Shown: one piece after another, positions 18,285-27,390 of the stretch | How positions within the stretch are numbered: the first letter of the stretch is position 1 | How the letters are laid out: each line of letters opens with the position of its first letter | From: a candidate division FCPU426 bacterium | GTDB lineage: Bacteria; Oederibacteriota; Muellerivitia; Muellerivitales; Muellerivitaceae | Direction: 5' to 3' | DNA: 64,000 nucleotides | Assembly (NCBI GenBank): GCA_963771075.1 | Contig: CAVYSE010000028.1 | Location: 96,001-160,000, forward strand | Made by a program: the position numbers and the translations under genes | The notes under the pieces: generated by a model | Databases searched by the model: none | What the model saw: the letters and a program-made list of their open reading frames with translations, nothing else | Told to the model about the DNA's origin: nothing

Positions 18285-19652
18285 TTGAGGCGCATGAAAA
18301 ACACATCCCTATCCCCTGAAATTTCCTTTGTAAGCCTCTTCCTCTTTCTTTTTGTGTTTCGAACGCTTTTCGGCTTGAGCGGTGATTTTATGGATCCGGA
18401 TCACCTTCAAACTTTCCTGATCGGTTTGAAATGGTTCACCGAGGGAGGATGGCCATATTTTGGGCCGGATTTGGTCGTTCAGGGAGCCCTGCGGGGCCAG
18501 ATTCCCGGGGCCTTGGAATCTTTCGTCGTGGGCGGGCCCTTCTTCGTCCTTCCCATCCCCGAAGCTCCCTTTCTTTTCCTTAATCTCCTTTCCCTTTCTT
18601 CCATTTCCCTTTTGAGCTGGTATCTTTCCAAGCGGATCTTATCCATCCCTTTCCTTTTCATCTTCGCCTGGATTTCCCTCCTCCCCTGGACCCTGAACCA
18701 ATCCACCTGGGTTTTGAACCCGAGTTACCTGCTTTTCGGAAGCGTGATCTTTTCCATTGGGCTAATGGAAGCCATTCCCGCCCTTTCCATCCAATTCCTG
18801 AAACCCGCCCAAGCCCTGGCCTGGATGGGATTCGGGCTCTGTTGGGATATGCAGTTTCATTTTTCGTGGATACTGTTGGCGCCCTATGTGCCCATCGCGC
18901 TTTTGTTATATAGCCGAAAGGCGGGTTGGGGCCAGGTCCCGAGGCTTTTGTTTTATTTCGCCTTGGGCGCCCTGGTGCCCGGGTCCTTGATCCTTCCGAC
19001 CCTGATTCGCTACGGCTGGCATAGCCTATGGATCGGCGGCAGTACGACCGTTCTTTTTAACGCCAATCATGCCCGTGATTTTTTAACTATCCTGGCCCGT
19101 TATCTTTCCCTTGCCTGTTATGAGATCCCCCAGTTCATCGGCGGCCACACGAGCGAGCGTTGGGAGTTCATTACCCGTACGGCTCCATGGTTGTTCCCCT
19201 TCGCGATCTTTCTGCTCCTCGTGGGATGGATTCAGCCGTTCGTCATGTTGTGGAAGGGCTGGGTCCAACCCCTGGTCTACTTAAAAAGGAGGGGCCCGGA
19301 TAGCCTTCGATCGGGCGAGGGCCCGGTGTACCTATTAGCCGGATCGGCTCTCCTTTTTCTTTACTTGAGCTTTTGGTTTACGGAAAAGGAACCTGTTTCC
19401 CATATCGCTTACGTCTATTTCCCCATCGTGACCGTCTTCTCTTTATATATCTGGGACGGATTCGCCCCCCAGTCCTTTTGGAGGAAATTCGGGGTCCTTT
19501 GCCTGGCGGCCAGTCTTTTCTTCCAGGGCGGGGTGATGATGGACCGGTTGCCCCGCCAGTCCCTCTACCTAAACCGGAGCCAGGCGGTAAATGCCATTCA
19601 GGGAAATAACTTTCATTTACTGGGGGAGCGCAGGCCGGGTAGCCGAAATTAA
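18285..19652 (+). CDS. Polytopic membrane protein (possibly GT-C-like), paralogue B
   Basis: 455 aa, colinear with 10194-11561 at an offset of 8091 bp. Confidence 0.8.
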   Translation: MRRMKNTSLSPEISFVSLFLFLFVFRTLFGLSGDFMDPDHLQTFLIGLKWFTEGGWPYFGPDLVVQGALRGQIPGALESFVVGGPFFVLPIPEAPFLFLNLLSLSSISLLSWYLSKRILSIPFLFIFAWISLLPWTLNQSTWVLNPSYLLFGSVIFSIGLMEAIPALSIQFLKPAQALAWMGFGLCWDMQFHFSWILLAPYVPIALLLYSRKAGWGQVPRLLFYFALGALVPGSLILPTLIRYGWHSLWIGGSTTVLFNANHARDFLTILARYLSLACYEIPQFIGGHTSERWEFITRTAPWLFPFAIFLLLVGWIQPFVMLWKGWVQPLVYLKRRGPDSLRSGEGPVYLLAGSALLFLYLSFWFTEKEPVSHIAYVYFPIVTVFSLYIWDGFAPQSFWRKFGVLCLAASLFFQGGVMMDRLPRQSLYLNRSQAVNAIQGNNFHLLGERRPGSRN

Positions 19653-19713
19653 TTCCGTTTCAAGCGGGTAAGTTTTCCACATGATTTTATTTCCAAAAGA
19701 GAAAGGATCAAAT

Positions 19714-21297
19714 ATGCGCGGGATGAATACTTTTCGTTTTTGGATGGGATGGCTGTTATGCCTCCCCCTTCCCCTTTTGGCGGCGGATATCCATTTCTTG
19801 ATCATGCCCGATACGGTGGTGGGACCGATCAGCCCTTACATCTACGGGATGAATGACGAGGACCCTTCCGGAAGCGGCGCGACCCTGCGCCGGCTGGGCG
19901 GCAACCGTTTGACCGGATACAACTGGGTGAACAACGCTTCCAACGCCGGGAGTGACTGGAAACACAGCAGCGACAACTGGCTTTGCGACCGCGAACACTA
20001 TATCGATTGCGGCCAACCGGCCGCTTTGGTGAAACATTTCATCGAGGAAAACCGGGAAGCCGGAATGGAGAGCCTCATTACCCTTCCCATGGCGGGCTTT
20101 GTGGCGGCGGATAAGAACGGAGAGGTCAGCGAAAAGGAGAAGGCCCCCTCCTCCCGTTGGAAGAAGGTGGTCTTCCGCAAGCGGGGAAAATTCACCCTCG
20201 CGCCAAGCGATAAAGACCCGGCCGTCTATGACGACGAATTTGTGAATTTTTTGGTCGCCAACTATAAAAATTCCGCCGGGGGCGGCGTAAAATTCTACGA
20301 CCTGGATAACGAACCAGGCATCTGGTCCCAAACCCATCCCCGGATCCACCCCAAACCGACGACCTATTGGGAAATGGTCAACCTGACCGAAAGGCTCGCC
20401 TTCGCCGTTACCAAGGTGGACCCTACCGCGCAGGTCTTGGGGCCCGTCTCCTACGGCTGGCAGGAGTTCCTCACCCTCCAAAACGCTCCCGACAGCGCGG
20501 ACATCAACAAGACCGAGGGAACCTTCCTGGACTTTTACCTCAAGCAGATGAAAGCGCTCGAGATCCACGACGGCCGTCGGCTTCTTCATATCCTGGACCT
20601 GCACTGGTATCCGGAAGCCCAGGGCAACGGCAAGCGCATCACCGAGGGTGACACTTCCAGCGAATCCGTGGAGGCCCGTCTCCAGGCCCCCCGCAGCCTT
20701 TGGGACCCGGGATACGTGGAAAAAAGCTGGATCACCCAGTATTCCACCCAGGGCAAATCCATCCAGCTGATCCCCTGGCTCAAGGAAAAGGTTGAGAAGG
20801 ACTATCCCGGTACCGGACTGGGATTCACCGAGTACGATTACGGGGCGGGTGACCATGTTTCGGGAGGGATTGCCCAGGCGGACGTGCTGGGCATTTTCGG
20901 GAAATATGGCGTGAACCTGGCGGCCTACTGGGGAACCCTCAAGGCCTACAACCGGGCGGCTTTCCGACTCTTTCGCAACTATGACGGCCAGGGCTCGGCC
21001 TTTGGCGATACCGAGGTTTCCTCCGGTTCCGATGACATCGTCCAAACTTCCGTTTATGCCGCGACCGACTCAAAACGGGGCGGCTCCCTCTGGATGGTGG
21101 TCCTGAACAAGAACCAAAAAGAAAACATTTCGGGCAGGTTCGAGATCCAGGGAAAATCGGTCTACAAAAATTGGGTTCGGTACGGTTTTGACAGCCGATC
21201 CGCCGACATCAAGACTATGGGTTCGGGAACTCTCAACCAGAACAAGTTCGATTATTCTCTGCCGCCCTTAACCGCCAGCCTCTTTGTCTGCCAATAA
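19714..21297 (+). CDS. GH44 endoglucanase/xyloglucanase
   Basis: Signal peptide; RRLGGNRLTGYNWVNNASNAGSDW, YDLDNEPGIW, LDLHWYPE, FTEYDYG. Start approximate. Confidence 0.92.
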   Translation: MRGMNTFRFWMGWLLCLPLPLLAADIHFLIMPDTVVGPISPYIYGMNDEDPSGSGATLRRLGGNRLTGYNWVNNASNAGSDWKHSSDNWLCDREHYIDCGQPAALVKHFIEENREAGMESLITLPMAGFVAADKNGEVSEKEKAPSSRWKKVVFRKRGKFTLAPSDKDPAVYDDEFVNFLVANYKNSAGGGVKFYDLDNEPGIWSQTHPRIHPKPTTYWEMVNLTERLAFAVTKVDPTAQVLGPVSYGWQEFLTLQNAPDSADINKTEGTFLDFYLKQMKALEIHDGRRLLHILDLHWYPEAQGNGKRITEGDTSSESVEARLQAPRSLWDPGYVEKSWITQYSTQGKSIQLIPWLKEKVEKDYPGTGLGFTEYDYGAGDHVSGGIAQADVLGIFGKYGVNLAAYWGTLKAYNRAAFRLFRNYDGQGSAFGDTEVSSGSDDIVQTSVYAATDSKRGGSLWMVVLNKNQKENISGRFEIQGKSVYKNWVRYGFDSRSADIKTMGSGTLNQNKFDYSLPPLTASLFVCQ

Positions 21298-21306
21298 GCC
21301 CTAAAG

Positions 21307-21370
21307 GCTGTAAGAAAACTATGTTTTCCTTCGCGATCTTCGCGGTGAAAGTTTGAGGTTTTGTTGCAGG
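21307..21370. repeat. Short dispersed MITE/REP-like element
   Basis: GCTGTAAGAAAAC...TCTTCGCGGTGAAAGTTTGAGGTTTTGTTGCAGG; close copy at 31902-31964. Confidence 0.7.
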
Positions 21371-21372
21371 CT

Positions 21373-22530
21373 CTAGTCTTTTTCGGTGCTCAGGGTCTCA
21401 AAAAGGCCCGAGGAAAAGCTGTCTCCATCATAGGTCTGGGTCGGAGCCTCTTTTTCCACGGCCGCCTCGGAAGGGGCCGGCATGTGGATGAAATCCCTGT
21501 TTGCCAAAGGCCCTAAAACGCAGTAGGGAGTCACCTTGTCGCGCAGCCCCTTGAGCTGGACGGGAAGGCGCGATTCGATGTGGAACTTGTCGCTGACCAG
21601 CAAGGCCATTTCCTCGTTCATCAGGATCTCATCCTGCGGGCATATGGAACAAAGACGGGAGGAGAGATTGACCGAGTTGCCGATGAGGGTAAATTCCATC
21701 CGGTTGCGCGAACCCAGGTTTCCCATGATGGCGTGCCCCGCCACGATCCCGACCCCCATGCCGATCTTGACGTTGCGGGCCTTCAGCTCGCTGTTGGCTC
21801 GTGAGATCGAAGTAAATGCTTTTTGCATCTCGAAGGCCGCCTGTACCACCCGTTCGGCCTCCTCCTTCTCGTTTTCCGCGGTCCGCTTGAAATAGATCAG
21901 GGCCGCGTCCCCGATGAATTTGTTGATCTCCCCGCCCTTTTTTTCCACTGCCGCTTGGATGCCCGTGAAAATCTGGTTCAAAACCCGCAAGGTTTCTTTG
22001 CTCGTCAGTTGTTCGGTCATCTGGGTGAAACCCCGGATGTCGGAAAAGAGGATGAAGGCCAGCTGAAGCTGTCCGCCCAGGTTGCTGCCGCCCCCGGAGG
22101 TTTGAAGGACGTGTTTGGAGCCCTCGCTTCCCAGGTAGCGGTCAAGGGTTTGACGGTTGGCGGCGAGATTCCTGATGTTTTCCTGCACGACCGCCGTGGC
22201 CGCGTCCACCACCGATTCCATCCGTTTTTCAACGTCGAAAGGGGAGGCGTTCTCCGCGAAACGCCAATTCTCAGGGAGGGCTCCCGTCTTGAAGAAAATC
22301 CATTGAAGGCGGCAAAACCAGGTAACCTTGGACTGCCACAGGAACAGGAACCACCAGGCCGCCAAGACCAACGCGGCCACCCCGAATACCAAAAGACTTT
22401 GGTTCAAGTTATGCGTGTAGAGCCAATCCAATTCACCCACAACCGCCGAAAAGATGAGCAGGGTGAGAAAGAAAAACAGGGAAACCTTGAAGGTAAACGC
22501 CCTGTTTTTGACCGAGGATAGGGTAGCCAC
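21373..22530 (-). CDS. Membrane-anchored class III adenylate/guanylate cyclase
   Basis: 2 TM; ILFSDIRGFT, KFIGDA, MEFTLIGNSVNLSSRL, LKG. Confidence 0.92.
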   Translation of the reverse strand: MATLSSVKNRAFTFKVSLFFFLTLLIFSAVVGELDWLYTHNLNQSLLVFGVAALVLAAWWFLFLWQSKVTWFCRLQWIFFKTGALPENWRFAENASPFDVEKRMESVVDAATAVVQENIRNLAANRQTLDRYLGSEGSKHVLQTSGGGSNLGGQLQLAFILFSDIRGFTQMTEQLTSKETLRVLNQIFTGIQAAVEKKGGEINKFIGDAALIYFKRTAENEKEEAERVVQAAFEMQKAFTSISRANSELKARNVKIGMGVGIVAGHAIMGNLGSRNRMEFTLIGNSVNLSSRLCSICPQDEILMNEEMALLVSDKFHIESRLPVQLKGLRDKVTPYCVLGPLANRDFIHMPAPSEAAVEKEAPTQTYDGDSFSSGLFETLSTEKD

Positions 22531-22972
22531 TCATGACCTCTTGAAACTTTTTAATTGTCCCGGTGAGGGTTCAACCTACCGGACTAGACAACCATGATTA
22601 TATGGAAACATATCTCCCATTAAGTTCCAATAGGCGGGTTAAAAAGGGAAAATGGTTAACCGAAGTATCGAAGAAGCGCTTCTTTTTAGGAAAAACTCCC
22701 GACCATTAACTTGCCAAATGGAATAGTGAACCTAGAAACTTTATGAAGAGAGGGCAACAAAACCCTTTTAACCACGGAGACTCAGAGTCGCGATTTTTAA
22801 TTCATTCTTATTTTTCAGGGTTCTTTTGCTTCCTAAACTGCGTCTCCATACCGCTGTCCCCCTTGGCCCGAAGGTTCAATAAATCAGGCCTATAACAACC
22901 CTATGAATGGTCGCGATGGGGTGGATTTTTATTACTGCCTCCTAAATTAATTTCGATCGGAATAAGGCGCGC

Positions 22973-23833
22973 CTACTTCGGGGCTGAGGGGGGATGTTTA
23001 CACCAGGGAAATTGGGAAGCCAGGGCCCCTTCCAGGAGAAAATCGGGAATGAATCGTTTTAGGAAATAAAGCAAGTGGTCTTCACCCTTCACGAGGTACC
23101 GTCGCTTCATGGGTTTATCCGACAAGGCCCGAAAGGCCACCTTCACCAGTTTTTCCACCGGGGCGGCGTGCTTGAACCTTTCCAGGCTGAATTTCTCGAA
23201 GTTCCGGGTGAATTCGCTGTAGGGGGAGTCTTTCGCCAGCGCCCTCTCCCCCCGCCGGGCGTTTTGGGCCACTTCCGTTTTAATCTCGCTTGGAACCAAT
23301 TCAGAGACTTCCACACCGAAAAGGCCGGCTTCCATGCGCATGGCGTCGGTGAGGGACCGGACCGCGAACTTGGTGGCCGAATAGGGTCCCAATACGGGCA
23401 GGGCCACCAGGCCCCCCACGCTTCCCACGTTGAGGATCTTGCCGGTTCCCTGGCGGCGCATGACGGGAAGAACTTCCCGGGTTACCCGGAGGAGCCCGAA
23501 GACATTGGTCTCGAATTGGGCTTTCAGGTCCCGGTCCGAGAGGTCTTCCCAGAAACCGGCCATCACGAAACCCGCGTTGTTCATCAAAAAATCCAGCCGC
23601 CCCTCTTTCTTCACCAATGAGGAGACGGCTTTTTTGACGGAGGGGGTCTTATCCACATCCATTGGGAGGGGAACCACCGGCAGTGTTTTTGAAAGATTTT
23701 TCAGGTCCCGGGCGCGCCTGGGGTTGCGGAAGGTGGCATAAACCCTCCAACCTTTTTCCGCCAAGGCCCGGGTCATCGCCAATCCTATTCCGGAGTTGGC
23801 TCCGGTCACCAAGGCGACAGGTAAGTTATCCAT
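22973..23833 (-). CDS. Short-chain dehydrogenase/reductase
   Basis: TGANSGIG, NNAG, YSATK. Confidence 0.95.
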   Translation of the reverse strand: MDNLPVALVTGANSGIGLAMTRALAEKGWRVYATFRNPRRARDLKNLSKTLPVVPLPMDVDKTPSVKKAVSSLVKKEGRLDFLMNNAGFVMAGFWEDLSDRDLKAQFETNVFGLLRVTREVLPVMRRQGTGKILNVGSVGGLVALPVLGPYSATKFAVRSLTDAMRMEAGLFGVEVSELVPSEIKTEVAQNARRGERALAKDSPYSEFTRNFEKFSLERFKHAAPVEKLVKVAFRALSDKPMKRRYLVKGEDHLLYFLKRFIPDFLLEGALASQFPWCKHPPSAPK

Positions 23834-24680
23834 TTTTCACCGCCTGGAACCTTTCGAGGGTGTAATTCATTACCCGGTCATAGATCCAGTCCGGCATGAA
23901 ACGCTGGGCTATAGGGAAAAAGCGGGCGTCCTTCCCGACCGGATATCTCAGCGCCATATTCCCGTCTTCCAGGGCCTTGAGGACCGCCTGGGCCACGATT
24001 TCCGGGCCTGGGGCCTGGGCGGATTGGCCATTTCCATAGCCGAGAATTTTGTCCAGTACAGCCTGGTAAGGGGATTTTCCTGATTGGAAGATCTTGTTTT
24101 GACGCCGATTGTCTTTGAACCTCGTTTGGATCTGGCCCGGCTCCACCATCCCAACCTCGACCCCAAAGGGCCTCAGTTCCAGCCGCAGGCTTTCGCTCAA
24201 GGCCTCCACGGCGTGCTTGGAGGAGCAATAGAGGCCCACGCCCGCGAAGGTCATCTTACCCGCCACCGAGCTGATGTTCAGAATCCTGCCCCGACCCCGG
24301 GAACGCATGGAGGGGAGCGCCTCCCGGGTTACCCGGAATAAACCAAACAAATTGGTTTCATATTGGGCCAGGATTTCATCGTCCGTAAAATCCTCCAAAG
24401 CCCCAAAAGCCCCCCAACCTGCGTTGTTGACCAAGGCGTCCAGCCCACCCGATTTTTTCAAGACGAGAGCCATGGTCCGGCGCACCGAGGAGGCCTTATC
24501 CACGTCCATGTGGAAAACTTCGACGGACAGCCCTTGGACGCGTGCTTTCAAGGGGGCGGACCTTTTCATGTCACGCAGAGTCGCGAAAACTCGCCAGCCC
24601 CTTTGGGCTAAAAGGGCTGACGTCTCCAAGCCGATGCCGGAGGAACAGCCTGTGATCAAAACGGTTTTGGGGCTTCCCAT
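23826..24680 (-). CDS. Short-chain dehydrogenase/reductase
   Basis: TGCSSGIG, VNNAG, YCSSK; tandem with the preceding SDR. Confidence 0.95.
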   Translation of the reverse strand: MGSPKTVLITGCSSGIGLETSALLAQRGWRVFATLRDMKRSAPLKARVQGLSVEVFHMDVDKASSVRRTMALVLKKSGGLDALVNNAGWGAFGALEDFTDDEILAQYETNLFGLFRVTREALPSMRSRGRGRILNISSVAGKMTFAGVGLYCSSKHAVEALSESLRLELRPFGVEVGMVEPGQIQTRFKDNRRQNKIFQSGKSPYQAVLDKILGYGNGQSAQAPGPEIVAQAVLKALEDGNMALRYPVGKDARFFPIAQRFMPDWIYDRVMNYTLERFQAVKNG

Positions 24681-24835
24681 GGTTTCTCCTTTTGCGGGGA
24701 ACGACGACAGTTTAACGGCTTGTGCCTTTACGAAGAACCTGTAAAAAACCCGCCAAGGCGGGCTTGAAGATTGCCCAACTGGCTGAAAACCGTTAGGATG
24801 GGTGCGATTTCCTGGATTTTCACCCTTTTCGAGGT

Positions 24836-25522
24836 GTGATCATGCGCCTTCAAACGCTTTTAGGCTGGGTTCTTATCCTAATCCTTCCCACGGTTCTTTG
24901 GGCCAAGGCTTATAACGAAATGGAAGTGGTCAATTTACAGGGAACCATCATGGTGCAACACGCCGACAACAGCGCCCCGACGGCCCTCATGACGAACAGC
25001 ACGGTGGAAAAGGGGGATACCCTCACCTGTTACGATCAAAGTTGGGTGGTCCTGAAAACGCACAGCGGGGCAAGGATCGGCTTGGATGGCCTCTATGGGC
25101 CGACCGTGGTCAATATTGATGAGTTCTACCTGGAGGGGCCGGACCGCCAGATCCGCTTCGTGCTTCAAAGAGGCGTCCTTTTCCTAAAGACCAACGGTTA
25201 TGGTTCCCGGCAAAGCTTTTTCGAGATCAACACGGGTTCAGTGGTGACCGCGATTAATGACACCCAGGCCCGCTTGGCCTACGTTCCGGAGCAGGCCAGC
25301 CTGACCGTTCAGCATTTCTTTGGCGACTTGAGCGTCGTCGACAAGGATCACGAGGAAAAATTCCAGATGAGCCACTCGGAACGCCATTGGAAAAACGGGG
25401 CGATGCTGGAAAAGGATCCCCTTCCGACCGACGATATCGACTGGATCAACTTCAAGAAGTTTTTTGACTTCGATCCCCGTGTCGTGCCGACCAATAACAA
25501 TTTCCTCTTGAACGGCGAATAA
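24836..25522 (+). CDS. Exported FecR-like domain protein
   Basis: Signal peptide; GDTLTC..S.V.L, LQRGVL, FEINT pattern. Confidence 0.6.
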   Translation: MIMRLQTLLGWVLILILPTVLWAKAYNEMEVVNLQGTIMVQHADNSAPTALMTNSTVEKGDTLTCYDQSWVVLKTHSGARIGLDGLYGPTVVNIDEFYLEGPDRQIRFVLQRGVLFLKTNGYGSRQSFFEINTGSVVTAINDTQARLAYVPEQASLTVQHFFGDLSVVDKDHEEKFQMSHSERHWKNGAMLEKDPLPTDDIDWINFKKFFDFDPRVVPTNNNFLLNGE

Positions 25523-25538
25523 CCGGCCTCGATCCGCA

Positions 25539-25727
25539 ATGAATCCGCTCCAACTGGAGTACACCTGCCCCTATTGCGGTTATCCCAACTTTTCCCCCCT
25601 TGATCCCGTCAGCGGCCTCCAGGAATGGACCTCGGACTGTGAAAATTGCTGCCGACCCATCGCCTTGAGGGCCAGGGTCCGGCAGGGGGAGGTCGAGGAA
25701 TGGGAAGCGGGAAGGGAGCAAGACTGA
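25539..25727 (+). CDS. CPXCG-motif cysteine-rich protein
   Basis: CPYCG...DCENCCRPI. Confidence 0.85.
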   Translation: MNPLQLEYTCPYCGYPNFSPLDPVSGLQEWTSDCENCCRPIALRARVRQGEVEEWEAGREQD

Positions 25728-25816
25728 GAGGCAGATATTAGCCATTGGCTTTTAGCGGATGGCTACCCCTGCGCGAGCGCAATGAGCTCTATGAGCTAAT
25801 AGCTAAAAGCTGCTGG

Positions 25817-26509
25817 TCAGGGCGTAACCGCCGCCCCGCCGTGCATGACCAGGTTGACCACTACCTTGGCCACATAAAGAAGGAAATAGATCAGCATCCC
25901 CGCGCCGCATATCCAGGAAATAATGGTGAGGGCCTTTCGATTAAAAAGGTTGCGGGTGTAATGCACGCCCAACCCCAGGCAGGAATACCAGATCAGTTCG
26001 CTCACCAAAACCGCCGAGAAAAAGCTGGTCGCGGCCCCTCCCGCCATGGGGATGTTGCCGGACAATTGAAGGGTACTCACCCATCCCACCCACCAGATCA
26101 GGGCAAAGGGGTTGGTGGCCACCAGCAGGAACCCCATGACGAATGAATTGTCCATCCACTGGATTTGCTTACGCACCGTGATATTTTCCATGGCCTCGGG
26201 GTTTTCCCGGATCTCCGTGAGGACCGAATAGGCGAGAAAGAGCAAAAAGAGGGCGGAGATCCCCCAAACGATGATTTTCCCGATGCCCACGATCCCTTCC
26301 TTGGAGATCCCGACAAAGACGATATAGGCGAAAATAGCGTCCACCAGCGCCGCACCCGCCCCGACCAAGAAGGTTTCCTGGAAGCCCCGGACAATGCCCC
26401 GGCGGATAGCCAGGAAATTCACCGGACCGATCAAAACCGCGCTCCCAAAACCGAAAATCAGGCCCTGGGTAATGGCGAGATAAATGAGTTTAAAAGTTTC
26501 GCTCCACAT
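25817..26509 (-). CDS. LysE-family translocator
   Basis: LIGPVNFLAIRRG, GAGAALVD, GFLLVATNPFALIWW. Confidence 0.9.
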   Translation of the reverse strand: MWSETFKLIYLAITQGLIFGFGSAVLIGPVNFLAIRRGIVRGFQETFLVGAGAALVDAIFAYIVFVGISKEGIVGIGKIIVWGISALFLLFLAYSVLTEIRENPEAMENITVRKQIQWMDNSFVMGFLLVATNPFALIWWVGWVSTLQLSGNIPMAGGAATSFFSAVLVSELIWYSCLGLGVHYTRNLFNRKALTIISWICGAGMLIYFLLYVAKVVVNLVMHGGAAVTP

Positions 26510-26633
26510 AGCTGGTTATTTTACAGGATTAGGCGGGGGGCCGATAAAAAAAGGGGTGTGGCGAAGCCGCTTTCTGCTTTTCCCGGCTTGACCTCGGGGG
26601 GGCTGGGAGGCGAAACTCAAGGGAGCTTTACAA

Positions 26634-26770
26634 GCTCTAACAAAACCTCAACTTCTTTCCACGAAGACCGCGAAGAGCACCAAGAACGGGATTAAAATCT
26701 TGGTAAAACCAAGAAATGGAACTTCGTGATCTTCGTGTGCTTTGGGACGAAAGAGGTTTTGGATAGGTTC
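26634..26770. repeat. Palindromic MITE/REP-like element
   Basis: CTAACAAAACCTC...CACGAAGACCGCGAAG...CTTCGTGATCTTCGTG...GAGGTTTTGGATAG inverted arms. Confidence 0.7.
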
Positions 26771-26793
26771 TTAATCCATTCAAGGGAACGAAC

Positions 26794-27279
26794 ATGGCCG
26801 AAACCGCTCTGGTGAATATCCTGATGGGAAGCAAATCCGACTGGGAAGTGATGAAAAACGCCTCGGATACCCTCAAGCAATTCGGGGTCGCCCATGAATG
26901 CCGGGTTCTTTCCGCGCACCGCACTCCCCGCGAGACCGCCGAATATGTGGCAGGCGCGGAAAACCGGGGGGTCGAGGTGGTGATCGCCGCGGCCGGGGGC
27001 GCCGCCCACCTGGCGGGAGTTTGCGCCGCCCATACCCTCCTGCCCGTGTTGGGAGTGCCCATGGAGAGCAAATTGATGGGGCTGGATTCCCTCCTTTCCA
27101 CCGCCCAAATGCCCGGCGGCATTCCCGTCGGGACCCTTGCCGTCGGCAAGGCCGGGGCCGTGAACTCCGCCCTTCTAGCCGTCGCCATCCTGGGGCTCAA
27201 GCGGCCCGATCTCAAGGAAAAGCTCAAGACCTTCCGCAAGGACCAGGCCGACAAGGTTTTGAAAGAAAAGCTGGATTAA
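26794..27279 (+). CDS. purE: N5-CAIR mutase
   Basis: MGSKSDW, SAHRTP, AGGAAHLAG, LDSLLSTAQMPGGIPV. Confidence 0.97.
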   Translation: MAETALVNILMGSKSDWEVMKNASDTLKQFGVAHECRVLSAHRTPRETAEYVAGAENRGVEVVIAAAGGAAHLAGVCAAHTLLPVLGVPMESKLMGLDSLLSTAQMPGGIPVGTLAVGKAGAVNSALLAVAILGLKRPDLKEKLKTFRKDQADKVLKEKLD

Positions 27280-27390
27280 TCGGGCCGACCTTCCCAGGGC
27301 GGCTTTTCCCCGCCAAAAATATCCTTCCCCACTTACCTTTGCCGCTTCCCTGGGTTATCCTGCGGTTCATTTTCAATCAGGGCGGTACCG

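Noticed and set aside
10396..19021. Diversity-generating retroelement TR/VR pair
   Set aside because: The mismatches are not adenine-specific, both copies are full genes, and there is no reverse transcriptase in the window.
24744..24772. Attenuator or riboswitch before the SDR pair (CCCGCC-AA-GGCGGG with a T-run on the minus strand)
   Set aside because: Terminator-like shape, but the loop is very short and no aptamer or leader peptide is recognisable.
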